Assembly (NCBI GenBank): GCA_963734995.1
Contig: CAVTJD010000010.1
Span: forward strand, 81,103 to 145,102
Source: an uncultured Chloroflexia bacterium
GTDB lineage: Bacteria > Chloroflexota > Limnocylindria > Limnocylindrales > CSP1-4
Direction of reading: 5' to 3'
DNA length: 64,000 nucleotides
The notes beneath the pieces were generated by a model. That model did no database searches. It was not told the DNA's origin and saw nothing but the letters and a program-made list of their open reading frames with translations. The position numbers were made by a program, and so were the translations under genes. This document shows positions 48,204-57,824 of the stretch, in pieces. Numbering within the stretch: the stretch's first letter is position 1; each line of letters opens with the position of its first letter.

Positions 48204-49229
48204 ATGACGGCGACCTGGCTGGCCTCCCTGCGCGGCGATCCTCGGCCGTGGCTGCTGGCTGCCGAGCAGCCGGCTGTTCGCCACCTTGCGCTGCGCTGGC
48301 TGGAGGACCGCCCGGTGGATGATCCCGAGGTCGTCGGGGTCCGGGCGGCGGCCATGGCGAGCCCGCCGATCGCGCCCATCCTCGATGCGCAGCACCCCGA
48401 TGGCTGGTGGGCCAAGCCGGGTCACGGGTACGGGCCCAAGTACACGGGCACGGTGTGGAGCCTGATCGTGCTCGAACAGCTGGGCGCCGATCCGACCGAC
48501 CCGCATATCGCGACCGGCTGCGAGTACGTGCTCCGCCACACGGGGACCTCCAGCGGCGGCCTGGGCTGCTCGGGGGCCGCTCGCACCGATCGGCCACCGC
48601 CCCCGTCGTCGGTGATCCACTGCCTCAACGGCAACCTGGTCCGCGCGCTGGTCGCGTTCGGATGGCTCGATGATCCCCGGGTGCAGGCGGCCATCGAGTG
48701 GCAGGCGCGCGCGATCCTGGGTGGGGACGAGGCACCCCGCTACTACGCCTCGGGCACGACCGGACCCGGCTTCGGCTGCGCGGTCAACGAGCAGCTGCCG
48801 TGCGCGTGGGGCGCGCTGAAGGCGATGCGTGGGTTCGCCGCCATCCCGCCAGAGCGTCGCTCGCCGCAGGTCCGCGCCGCGATCGAGGCGGGCGTCGAGC
48901 TGATGCTCTCGGTCGACCCGGCATCGGCCGCGTACCCCGCCGGCTGGGGCGGCACGATCTCCCGGGCGTGGTTCCGGCTGGGCTTTCCGTCGGGCTACGT
49001 CGCCGATGTGCTCCAGATTGCCGAGGTCCTGGTCGAGCTCGGCCGGGCGGACCCGGCGCGGCTGGCTGCCCTGACGGAGCTCGTGCTCGCGAAGCAGGAT
49101 GGCGACGGCAGGTGGCGCAACGAGCAGCCGTACCGGGGCCGGTTGTGGGCCGACATCGACGAGCCACGCAAGCCCAGCCCGTGGGTCACGTTGCGCGCCT
49201 GCCGGGTGCTGCGAGCGCTCCTGGGCTGA
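48204..49229 (+). CDS. Hypothetical protein; possibly an alpha/alpha-toroid (prenyltransferase/terpene-cyclase-like repeat) fold
   Basis: It has repeated W/G-rich blocks (HPDGWWAKPGHGYG; PRYYASGTTGPGFGC). The call is low confidence. Confidence 0.4.
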   Translation: MTATWLASLRGDPRPWLLAAEQPAVRHLALRWLEDRPVDDPEVVGVRAAAMASPPIAPILDAQHPDGWWAKPGHGYGPKYTGTVWSLIVLEQLGADPTDPHIATGCEYVLRHTGTSSGGLGCSGAARTDRPPPPSSVIHCLNGNLVRALVAFGWLDDPRVQAAIEWQARAILGGDEAPRYYASGTTGPGFGCAVNEQLPCAWGALKAMRGFAAIPPERRSPQVRAAIEAGVELMLSVDPASAAYPAGWGGTISRAWFRLGFPSGYVADVLQIAEVLVELGRADPARLAALTELVLAKQDGDGRWRNEQPYRGRLWADIDEPRKPSPWVTLRACRVLRALLG

Positions 49230-49332
49230 CGCGCGTCGAGACTCGACTCACGCCAGTCGGGCGCGTCGCCGCACGGCCAGTCGAGCGCGTTGAGCGACCC
49301 AGTCGAGCGCGCTGAGCCACCGCCGAAGGAGC

Positions 49333-49863
49333 CTAGGCGCCGCTTGCTCCCGGGGCGTCAGTGAACCTGGCGTCAAGGCTGCCGTCAGGGTCGTTGCCGC
49401 GCATGGCGTCAGTGCCTCCGACCGCGGCCGGTGGCTGCGCCGGTGCGATCGCCGACATCGCGTGGACCAGGTCCGAGTTCGAGATCACGCCGATCGGCAG
49501 CGTCTCATCGTCGTCCGCAACCACGACCAGGCGGTGGACGTGGTGGCGCTCCATCTTGCGGGCGGCCATCGTGAGCGGCTGGTCGCGGTGCACCGTGAGG
49601 GCCGGGCTGGTCATCAGGTGGCGCACGCGCAGACCCTCCCAGTTCGCCCACAGGTACTCGGTCGCACGGGCGCGCAGCAGGTCGGTCTGGCTGATGACGC
49701 CAACCAGCGTCCCGGCGCCGTCCACGACCGGCAGACCGGCGACCTGATGGCTGTCCATGAGCCGGGCGGCCTCGCTAAGCAGGGCATCGGCCCGGATCAC
49801 GATCGGCTCGAGCGCCATGAGCTCGCCCACCAGGCGAGGGGTGTTGAGCGGCACGCTGTTCAT
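49333..49863 (-). CDS. CBS-domain pair protein
   Basis: It has two CBS motifs (VAGLPVVDGAGTLVGVISQTDLL; VHRLVVVADDDETLPIGVISNSDLV). Confidence 0.8.
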   Translation of the reverse strand: MNSVPLNTPRLVGELMALEPIVIRADALLSEAARLMDSHQVAGLPVVDGAGTLVGVISQTDLLRARATEYLWANWEGLRVRHLMTSPALTVHRDQPLTMAARKMERHHVHRLVVVADDDETLPIGVISNSDLVHAMSAIAPAQPPAAVGGTDAMRGNDPDGSLDARFTDAPGASGA

Positions 49864-50055
49864 CGCTCAAGCGTGCCGTGGGCGATCGGACGACCCGAGG
49901 GCGATGGGGCACAATCCGGATGGGCCAATGGTCGCCCGTCGGGCGGGTGCAACCCGCCGTCCCTGCAGCGTGTTCCTCCATCCGTTCGGGCTGCCCGGGG
50001 TGCGCCTCGCGGGAGCCGGGCGATACCGTTCGGGCGGACCGTCGCTGGAGATTGA

Positions 50056-51003
50056 ATGCCTGCCCCAGAGCCGACGAATCTCGCCGGCGCGAACGACGAG
50101 ACGAGGATGGCGCTGTTCGCCGCCCTGATCACGATCGTGGTCTGGGCGTCGGCGTTCGTGGGCATCCGGGCCGCGGCCCAGGATTTCGCAGCGGGACCGC
50201 TCGCCCTGGGACGGCTCGCGGTGGGCGCCATCGCGCTGGGGACGATGGTCGCGGTCCGAGGGTGGGTCCGGCCGTCACGCCGCGACGCCGTGCTGCTCGT
50301 CGCTGCAGGGCTGCTGTGGTTCGGCTTCTACAACGTGGCCCTCAACGAGGCCGAGCGCAACGTGGACGCGGGCACCGCCGCAATGCTCGTGAACCTGGGG
50401 CCGATCTTCATCGCGATCCTGGCCGGGGTGTTCCTGCATGAAGGGCTGCCCGCCCGGTTGGTCGCGGGTTGCCTGATCGCATTCGGCGGCACCGTCGTCA
50501 TCGGGCTCGCGACGTCGGGGGCTGCCGCAGCCGGCGCGAGCCCCACCCTGGGTGTCACGCTGTGCATCGCTTCGGCGCTCGCATACGCGGGCGGGGTCAC
50601 GCTGCAGAAGCCCGTCGTCGCCCACGTTCCGGCGCTGCAGGTGACCTGGATCGCGTGCACGGTGGGCGCCATCGTGTGCGTGCCGTTCGCGCCCTCGCTG
50701 ATCGAGCAGCTCCGCTCAGCGGCGCCCGAGAGCATCACATGGGTCGCCTACCTCGGCCTGGTCCCAACCGCGATCGGGTTCACGACCTGGGCATACGCGC
50801 TGCGTCATACGCCGGCGGGCCGTCTCGGGTCGACGACCTACCTCATCCCACCGGTGGTCATCGTGATCAGCGTCCTGCTGCTCGGCGAGGCCCCGGGCCT
50901 CGTCGCCGTCGGCGGCGGTGCGGTGTGCATCGCAGGTGTTGTGGTCGCCCGCTCGGGCTGGTCGCCGAGACGGCGGGCGGCACAGCCGGCCAAGCGGGCC
51001 TGA
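50056..51003 (+). CDS. EamA-family (DMT) transporter
   Basis: It has 10 hydrophobic segments in two EamA halves. An alternative start is at MALFAAL (50107). Confidence 0.75.
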   Translation: MPAPEPTNLAGANDETRMALFAALITIVVWASAFVGIRAAAQDFAAGPLALGRLAVGAIALGTMVAVRGWVRPSRRDAVLLVAAGLLWFGFYNVALNEAERNVDAGTAAMLVNLGPIFIAILAGVFLHEGLPARLVAGCLIAFGGTVVIGLATSGAAAAGASPTLGVTLCIASALAYAGGVTLQKPVVAHVPALQVTWIACTVGAIVCVPFAPSLIEQLRSAAPESITWVAYLGLVPTAIGFTTWAYALRHTPAGRLGSTTYLIPPVVIVISVLLLGEAPGLVAVGGGAVCIAGVVVARSGWSPRRRAAQPAKRA

Positions 51004-51050
51004 CCCGGTTCGACCGGGGCACACGCCATACGTGCGCGAGCCAGATCGCG

Positions 51051-51569
51051 CTAGACGAGGGTGCTCCCGCTGAAGCGAATCCCGGTCAGACGGGCGAGCT
51101 CGCTGGCGATCGCGTTCTGGAAGGCAGCCATGTTGAGGCGAACCGATCGCGACAATGGCCGGCCGTACCCGAAGCGCCGGCCGCCGATGCCCACGAACGT
51201 GCCGTCCGGCAGCCCACCGGGCCGGAGCGCCTCTGCCAGGCCCAGCACCTGATCGATCGGCAGCTCGTGCGACGAGCGTGGCGTCGGCGACATCTCGTCG
51301 GCCACGATCGATCGGATCGGCAGCGTGATCACGTGGCCGGGCGCGATCCCGACGGCGGCATCGACCACCACGGCAACCTCGTTCTCGGGGACATCGAGCA
51401 GGTCCTCGACACGGAGGTGGCCGCAGCGCCGGACCTCGAGCCGCTCGAGCAGGGAGGGCGGAAGCGATGGCAGGAGGGTTGCCACGGCGCTCAGCGCCGC
51501 TCCGTCATCGCCCCGATCCGCGTTCCCGCAGACCAGCAGCCGCACTGAAGGTGGCGGAAGGTGGCTCAT
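51051..51569 (-). CDS. Hydrogenase maturation protease (HycI/HyaD/FrhD family)
   Basis: It has LLVCGNADRGDDGAA (GNxxRGDDG). Its start overlaps the stop of the large subunit. Confidence 0.8.
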   Translation of the reverse strand: MSHLPPPSVRLLVCGNADRGDDGAALSAVATLLPSLPPSLLERLEVRRCGHLRVEDLLDVPENEVAVVVDAAVGIAPGHVITLPIRSIVADEMSPTPRSSHELPIDQVLGLAEALRPGGLPDGTFVGIGGRRFGYGRPLSRSVRLNMAAFQNAIASELARLTGIRFSGSTLV

Positions 51570-52924
51570 CCTGTCCCCTCCTCTCCCCGATCGTCGGTGA
51601 TCCGCAGATCGAGGAAGTGGGTGGCGCAGCTGATGCACGGGTCATACGCCCGGATCAGCATCTCCATCTGGTGGGTCGCCTCGGCGTGCGGCAGGTCGAG
51701 CACGGTTGGGGCAAACGCCGCCAGATCCGCCTCGATCGCACCCTGGTTCTGGCTGGTTGGCGGCACGATCTGTGCATGGGTGACGTGGCCCTGCTCGTCC
51801 ACCTCGTAGCGGTGGTGGAGCAGCCCGCGCGGCGCCTCGGTGGACCAGGCGGCCACACCGGCCCTGGGCGTGAACGGCACGCGCGGCTCGGCCGGCGGCT
51901 GATACGCGTCGATGATGTCCCGCGCCTCAGCGCAGGCATGCAGAAGCTCGACGGCGCGGGCGACGATCGAGCGGTGGATGTTGGTGCGGATCTCCTCCTG
52001 GAGCCCCGTCTCGGCCAGCGCCTCGGCCGCGAGGGGATGCAGCTGGCCGGCGGCCAGCGTGACGCGGGCGGTCGGACCGAGCAGGTAGACCTGACCGTCA
52101 TGGGTGCGGGCATGGAGAGCGTTGGTGCCCTCGAGGTGCTGCTCCTCGAACGCATCGCCCCAGGCGCCGAGGTCGATGTCGAGCCCGTCGGAGGACACGA
52201 TCCGCCCCTCGTTGTACGGGTACTCGTCCGGATGGCGCATCGCCACCAGCGGCTGCGGGTGCTCGAGCGCGGGCGGCTCCCAGCCGGCGACCAGGCGGAC
52301 GGTGGCCTGCGCCTGCTCGACCGCCACATCGAGGCCACGCCGAAGCGCCTCCAGGTCCTTCGGGCGCGGGGCGCGCGAGAAGCCGCCCACCCGCACGGAG
52401 ATCGGGTGGACCGGCCGCCCGCCGAGCGCTGAGATGATCTGGTTGCCCAGTCGCTTGATGGCGAGCCCCTGCTCGACCGCATCGCGGTGGTCCGCCGCCA
52501 TCGCCAGCGCGGACGGGTAGCCCAGGAAGTCCGGCGCATGCAGCAGGTACACGTGGAGCGCGTGACTCTGGATCCACTCGCCGCAGTACAGCAGCCGTCG
52601 CAGGGCGCGCACCGATGGGTCGATCTCGACGCCATACAGCCGCTCGAAGCCGTGGACCGCCGACATCTGGTAGGCGATCGGGCAGATGCCGCAGATGCGG
52701 GCGACGATGTCGATGACCTCGTCACCGGTGCGGCCGACCACCAGCCGCTCGAAGTAGCGCGGTGCCTCGAAGATCTTGAGTCGCGCTTCGACGACCTCGC
52801 GGTCGCGGACGCGCAGCTGGAGGGTGCCCTCACCCTCGACCCGGGTCAGGTAATCGACCCTGAACTCGCGCTCGGCGCCCGGTGCGCCGACGGCGACCAT
52901 GCCGTCATCACCGTGCATCGCCAA
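51566..52924 (-). CDS. [NiFe] hydrogenase large subunit, group-3-like
   Basis: It has the N-terminal RICGICP and C-terminal DPCISCATH Ni-Fe ligand motifs, followed by a cleavable tail. At 452 aa it has the size typical of cytoplasmic group 3 enzymes. Confidence 0.9.
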   Translation of the reverse strand: MAMHGDDGMVAVGAPGAEREFRVDYLTRVEGEGTLQLRVRDREVVEARLKIFEAPRYFERLVVGRTGDEVIDIVARICGICPIAYQMSAVHGFERLYGVEIDPSVRALRRLLYCGEWIQSHALHVYLLHAPDFLGYPSALAMAADHRDAVEQGLAIKRLGNQIISALGGRPVHPISVRVGGFSRAPRPKDLEALRRGLDVAVEQAQATVRLVAGWEPPALEHPQPLVAMRHPDEYPYNEGRIVSSDGLDIDLGAWGDAFEEQHLEGTNALHARTHDGQVYLLGPTARVTLAAGQLHPLAAEALAETGLQEEIRTNIHRSIVARAVELLHACAEARDIIDAYQPPAEPRVPFTPRAGVAAWSTEAPRGLLHHRYEVDEQGHVTHAQIVPPTSQNQGAIEADLAAFAPTVLDLPHAEATHQMEMLIRAYDPCISCATHFLDLRITDDRGEEGTG

Positions 52925-53759
52925 CGCCCTCCGTCATGCTCCTGCCCTCGCCCGGGTCGGTCTTGCCTGGCGGGCCTCCGTGCTCGTCGATCACCGCCCG
53001 GAACGGTCCGGCCCAGCCGGTGAACCCGCTGAACAGGCGGCTGACCTCGACCCCTTCGCGACCGCCGTACTCGAACGCCTGCCCCAGGCTCCTGGTGTTG
53101 GCCTGCTCGCGCGGGCCGAAGCAGCCGTAGCAGCCGCGGCCGAACGAGGGGCACAGCGCGCCGCAACCGCTCTGGGTCACGGGGCCCAGGCACGGGATCT
53201 GCTGGGCGACCATCACGCACACGGTCCCGCGCCGCTTGCACTCGATGCACACGGACTCCTCGCGGATCTGCGGCCGGCGGCCGACGGCCACCGAGACCAG
53301 CAGCTCCCGCAGCTGCTCGGGGCTGATCGGGCAGCCGTGCAGCTCGGCGTCGACCTTGACGTGGTCCGACACCGGGGTTGCCGTGTCCAGGGATTCGATG
53401 AACTCGGGATGGGCGTAGACCGCAGCCCGGAACGCATCGTGGTTGGACCAGTTGCGAAGCGCCTGGATCCCGCCATAGCTGGCACACGCACCGATCGTCA
53501 CCAGCACCTTCGCCTGGCGACGAAGCTCCACGATCTCGGCCGCCTGATCAGGCGCGCTGATGGATCCTTCGACCAGCAGCACGTCGAACGGTCCGGCCGA
53601 GCGCAGCGAGCTGGCCTCCGGGAACTCGACGATCTCAAACCGCTCCGAGAGCGCGAGCAGCTCGGTCTCGAGGTCGAGCAGCGTCAGCTGGCACCCGTCG
53701 CAGGACGCCATCTTCGCGATCCCGACCCGCAGCCGGGGTCGTGCGGCAACGGCCGTCAT
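52908..53759 (-). CDS. [NiFe] hydrogenase small subunit (Fe-S, NuoB-like)
   Basis: It has CDGC, GACASYGG and cysteine clusters for the proximal and distal clusters. Confidence 0.8.
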   Translation of the reverse strand: MTAVAARPRLRVGIAKMASCDGCQLTLLDLETELLALSERFEIVEFPEASSLRSAGPFDVLLVEGSISAPDQAAEIVELRRQAKVLVTIGACASYGGIQALRNWSNHDAFRAAVYAHPEFIESLDTATPVSDHVKVDAELHGCPISPEQLRELLVSVAVGRRPQIREESVCIECKRRGTVCVMVAQQIPCLGPVTQSGCGALCPSFGRGCYGCFGPREQANTRSLGQAFEYGGREGVEVSRLFSGFTGWAGPFRAVIDEHGGPPGKTDPGEGRSMTEGVGDAR

Positions 53760-55819
53760 CAGATGCCCTCCCTGCCGAAGATGTCGCCGACCTGGGCGAG
53801 CGAGAAGATGGGTCCGTCACGGCACACGAACAGGCGGCCCGTCTGACAGTGGCCACACAATCCGATGCCGCACTCCATGTGCCGCTCGAGCGTGACGAAG
53901 ATGCGGTCGGGCGACAGGCCATGGGCCTCGAGCGTCTCGACCGTTGCCTCCATCATTCGCTCCGGCCCACACACAAAGGCCAGCGAACGGGAGCCGTCCC
54001 ATTCGGCGCGATCGAACAGGTGGGTCACGACGCCCACCGGTCCGGTCCAGTCGGGGCCGGAACGGTCGACCGTGAGCTTGACCTCCACGTCGCCCCGAGC
54101 GGCCCAGCCGCGGATCTCCTCCTGATACAGCATGTCGGCCGGCGTCCGGGCGCCGTAGTAGAGGCGGATCTCGTCGAACTTGTCGCGCTGGGCGAGCAGC
54201 CCGTCGATCAGCGGTCGGAGCGGGGCGAGACCGATGCCGCCCGTCACCACGATCACGTCGTGGCCCATGGCGCGCTCGATCGGCCACGAGTTGCCGAGCG
54301 GGCCGCGGAGCCCGATCTCGTCGCGCGGCCCAAGACCGATGATCGCGGACGTGGCCGGTCCGGCCGCCCGGATCGTGAGATCGATGCTGTCACGGCCGAA
54401 GCGGGAGATCGAGATCGGCAGCGGTGGGAATGCCGGGACGGCAACCATCGCGAACTGCCCGAACTCGCCGGCGAGGAACGCCGGATCGACCTCGCCGAGC
54501 GTGAGCGTCGTCACGTCCTGCGTCTCGGGCTTGACCGCGAGGATGCGTGCCGTCGCGTAGGAGCCGGGGGTGGCGGCGACCGGCGCGGGCCGGGCCGGCT
54601 CCGGGCGCGGGGCCAGCGGCGGGGCGATGGCGAGCAGCTCGGCCCGGACGTCGATGCCGACGGGGCACCAGGTGATGCACCGGCCGCAGCCGACGCAGCC
54701 GAAGGAGCCGAACTGGTCGACCCAGGTTGCGAACTTGTGGGTCAGCCACTGCCGGTATCGGTCGCGCGGCCGGCTGCGGAAGCTGCCGCCGGCGACCTTG
54801 GCGAAGCCGGCCGTGAAGCAGAAGTCCCAGACCCGCTCCGAGGTCGAGGCATTGCCATCGAGGTCGGAGCGCTGGACCACGCTGCTGCAGAAGCAGGTGG
54901 GGCAGACCATCGTGCAGTTGGCGCACGACAGGCACCGCTCGGCGATGCGCGCCCACTCGGGGCTGTCGAACTGCGCGAGCAGCCGGTCATGGAGCCCGGC
55001 GGTCGGCACCGGGTCACCGATCGTGGCCGCGGTCTTGCCGACGGCCTCGGCAGCCCGGAACATCTGACCGGCGTCCGCACCGCGGACCGGCAGCCTGGCG
55101 ACCAGGTCAGCACCCTCGGGCGTGCCGGCACGCAGCACGAACCCCTCGTCGAGCTCGGTGAGAACGAGATCGTAGCCACCGCGAACCTCGGGACCGGTGC
55201 CCATCGAGGTGCAGAAGCAGGTCGACGACGGACTGGTGCAGTTGACGGCGATCACCAGGGCGCTGCGCCGCCGGGCGCGGTAGTCCTCGTCGGTGTAGGG
55301 GCCGCCCAGGAACACGCGATCCTGGATGCCCAGCGCCGCCAGCTCGCACGCGCGGACGCCCAGGAAGGCGAGGGCGGGCGGGTCGACCTCGGCGAGCGTG
55401 AACGATACGGCCTTGCCGTCGCGCCGCCCGACGTTGAGCGGCACCGTGGCCGGGAACGTCCAGCGCTTGGGGCTGATCGGCCCGACCGCGTAGTCGAACA
55501 CCCGCTGGTCGTGGTGATCGACCAGCTCGTAGTGGCCCGGGGACTGCTCGTCGCCGATTCCGGCCGGCAGCTGATCCACCGACGTGATCTCGTCGTAGAC
55601 GATCGCGCCGTCCTCGACGGTGGGCCCGATGACCGTCCGGCCATCCTCGCGCAGGAGGTCGATCAGCACACCCAGGTTGGCGCGCGCGAGGAACCATGGA
55701 CCGGTCCCGTTCGGCGATGTGGAGGGAGTCGGCGCGACCGCGGTACCTGACGGGCTGGGATAGGGAGCGTACGGAAAGCGCTCGTCGGTCACCACGGCTG
55801 GGACTCCCCGCGACCCCAC
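53759..55819 (-). CDS. Fused hydrogenase beta/gamma diaphorase subunit: a 4Fe-4S dicluster domain (HydB-like) plus an FAD/NAD(P)-binding oxidoreductase with a C-terminal 2Fe-2S site (HydG-like)
   Basis: It has CLSCANCTMVCPTCFC and CVGCGRCITWCP, then an FNR-like module (VIVVTGGIGLAP) ending in CGIGLCGHCQ. Its stop overlaps the small-subunit start (ATGA). The N-terminal start is uncertain. Confidence 0.7.
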   Translation of the reverse strand: MGSRGVPAVVTDERFPYAPYPSPSGTAVAPTPSTSPNGTGPWFLARANLGVLIDLLREDGRTVIGPTVEDGAIVYDEITSVDQLPAGIGDEQSPGHYELVDHHDQRVFDYAVGPISPKRWTFPATVPLNVGRRDGKAVSFTLAEVDPPALAFLGVRACELAALGIQDRVFLGGPYTDEDYRARRRSALVIAVNCTSPSSTCFCTSMGTGPEVRGGYDLVLTELDEGFVLRAGTPEGADLVARLPVRGADAGQMFRAAEAVGKTAATIGDPVPTAGLHDRLLAQFDSPEWARIAERCLSCANCTMVCPTCFCSSVVQRSDLDGNASTSERVWDFCFTAGFAKVAGGSFRSRPRDRYRQWLTHKFATWVDQFGSFGCVGCGRCITWCPVGIDVRAELLAIAPPLAPRPEPARPAPVAATPGSYATARILAVKPETQDVTTLTLGEVDPAFLAGEFGQFAMVAVPAFPPLPISISRFGRDSIDLTIRAAGPATSAIIGLGPRDEIGLRGPLGNSWPIERAMGHDVIVVTGGIGLAPLRPLIDGLLAQRDKFDEIRLYYGARTPADMLYQEEIRGWAARGDVEVKLTVDRSGPDWTGPVGVVTHLFDRAEWDGSRSLAFVCGPERMMEATVETLEAHGLSPDRIFVTLERHMECGIGLCGHCQTGRLFVCRDGPIFSLAQVGDIFGREGI

Positions 55820-56304
55820 GCCTCTCGGGCGAACAGATCCAGCAGCTGGAGCCTCGTCGCCGACAGCCGGCGCGCGACCGCCTGCAGCACCCGCGGGTAG
55901 ACGGAGGCCGCCAGCGCCGGGTCGACGCGCAGGAGCTTGCGCAGCTCGCTGCCCGGCAGGACCAGCAGGTGAACCGGCTCGATGGCGATCGAGGTGGAGG
56001 TGGCCCGGTGAGGCGGGACGATGGCCGACCAGCCAACGACGTCACCGGGCTCCACGGTGAGTATGGTCACCATGCCGCGTTCCGGAACCAGCGTCCGCAG
56101 CGCCACGCGACCGTCGAGCACGATGGCGAGCTCCTCGGTGACCTGGCCCTCCCGCGTCAGCTCGGCGTCGGGCGCGATCTCTCGCAGCTCCGCGATGCCG
56201 GCCAGCCGCGCCACGGTCTCCGGGGAAAGGCCGGCCCCGAACCAGGAGGCGCTGAGCGCCGAGACCGGATCGGTCGGCAGGTGCGAGACGGACATGTGTG
56301 TCAT
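55789..56304 (-). CDS. Cyclic-nucleotide-binding (Crp-like cNMP) domain protein without an obvious HTH
   Basis: It has a beta-roll pattern with the REGQ..D.L.IVLDGRV signature in about 170 aa. Confidence 0.55.
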   Translation of the reverse strand: MTHMSVSHLPTDPVSALSASWFGAGLSPETVARLAGIAELREIAPDAELTREGQVTEELAIVLDGRVALRTLVPERGMVTILTVEPGDVVGWSAIVPPHRATSTSIAIEPVHLLVLPGSELRKLLRVDPALAASVYPRVLQAVARRLSATRLQLLDLFAREAWGRGESQPW

Positions 56305-56636
56305 CGAGGGCTGACCCCACTACATCGCTACGGGGCCCGGCACGACGTGGTCTCGCACACCGGGCCGCACCGTCATGCTCGGCGATGCCACCCCGCTGCG
56401 GGAGTGCCGTCGGTCGCGGGCCCCGCATGCCGGTCGGCCGCGAGCCCCTGCCGGACGGCCCGCGCCGGTCGGGACGCGCGACGTGTTGCGGAATCCGGCT
56501 GCGGGGTGGCCCACGCGAGCCTGCGTCGACCGCGCGGGTCGGGTTGGAGCGCGTGGTCTGACCGTTCGGGCACCCGCTGGAGCGTTGTGGTCTGACCCTT
56601 CGGGCCCCTCCTGGGGGATGCGATCTTGTCCGCTGG

Positions 56637-56996
56637 TCAGGCCAGGCGACGGAGCTGGGCGATCAGCGTGGCATCGTCAACGGGTCGCTCGACCACGGCC
56701 TCGCAGATCGTCTCGGGGCGATGGCCGATGGCCACGATCTCGCGCTCGAGCGCTGTGCGAAGGTCCGTCGGGCCCAGGACCAGGACGTGGTCGACCTCGC
56801 CGATCCGGTGGGCGACCTCGGCCAGCGCCGTCGTCGCGTCGGTGGGCGCGGCCGGGATGGTCACCTCGATGGGTGCCGGTGCATCGTCATGGCCACCGCG
56901 CACGACCAACGCGCGTCCGGCCTCGATCCACACGACCGCGTTCAGACCCGTTTCGACCGTCTGCGGCGTGGCGTGGGTGCGAGTGGTTCCATGCAT
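56637..56996 (-). CDS. Hypothetical protein
   Basis: The start was chosen at MHGTTRTH. No motif was recognised. Confidence 0.35.
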   Translation of the reverse strand: MHGTTRTHATPQTVETGLNAVVWIEAGRALVVRGGHDDAPAPIEVTIPAAPTDATTALAEVAHRIGEVDHVLVLGPTDLRTALEREIVAIGHRPETICEAVVERPVDDATLIAQLRRLA

Positions 56997-57190
56997 GGCG
57001 ACCTCTCCTTCGGGTGCGGCCACCGTCCGTTCCGGGCCGTCCGGTGATCGGCCGACGGGCTATGCGCGGATCGTCCGTCCGCACGCCCGTCGCATCGCCT
57101 GCCGTTCGTCCCGATCCGCGCGTTCGCTCGGTCCCGATGTGGTCGTGACCCGCGCGAGGACGCACACGCCGGGCCGAGGGTCGGTGGGCG

Positions 57191-57754
57191 CTATGACGCC
57201 GCGTCGAAGCGCGGGTCGCGCGGGGCAGACCCGTGGGCAGGCACCTCGAACACCAGGAAGTGATCGTGAGGGATGTGCGGCTTGTCGGGCACCGGTCGCA
57301 GCTCCTCGCGCCAGTCACTGCCGACGAGCTCCGAGACGACGCGCCGCCAGAACTCGGGCGCGCCCGGGTTGCCCGCCTGGAACCCGATCTCCCAGGGGCC
57401 CGGCCAGCGCTCGAGGATCGCCCGGGCGACCTCGTAGCCGACCCGCCTGCGGCGCACCGCTCGGGCGACGAAGTAGTCGCCGATCATGCGCGTCCCGCCC
57501 GTCAATCCTTCGACGAACGCGAGTCCGGCGGGCGATCCGCGGTACGAGATCAGGAACCCGCAGCGGTCCGGGTCCCCGAAGTAGCCGGGCAGGCGGCCGG
57601 GCTTGAACAGGCCCGCTTCGTTGGGCAGCGTTCCACGAACCTCGGACATGTCGTGCGAGTAGAGCTGCCACAGCCGCTCGACGAGCTGGCGGTCGGCGTC
57701 GGTCAGGGGTAGAAGCTCGATGTCGCGACTGATCGGAGGGATGTCGGGACTCAT
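57191..57754 (-). CDS. Putative GNAT-like acetyltransferase
   Basis: A weak GNAT-like core was seen (GFLISYRGSPAGLAFVE…RRRRVGYEVARAI). The call is low confidence. Confidence 0.4.
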   Translation of the reverse strand: MSPDIPPISRDIELLPLTDADRQLVERLWQLYSHDMSEVRGTLPNEAGLFKPGRLPGYFGDPDRCGFLISYRGSPAGLAFVEGLTGGTRMIGDYFVARAVRRRRVGYEVARAILERWPGPWEIGFQAGNPGAPEFWRRVVSELVGSDWREELRPVPDKPHIPHDHFLVFEVPAHGSAPRDPRFDAAS

Positions 57755-57824
57755 CGGGCGATGGTAGCGATGGTCAGCGGCTCCTGGTGCGGCAGGGTCA
57801 GGCTGCCCGCGCTAGCCTTGCCTC

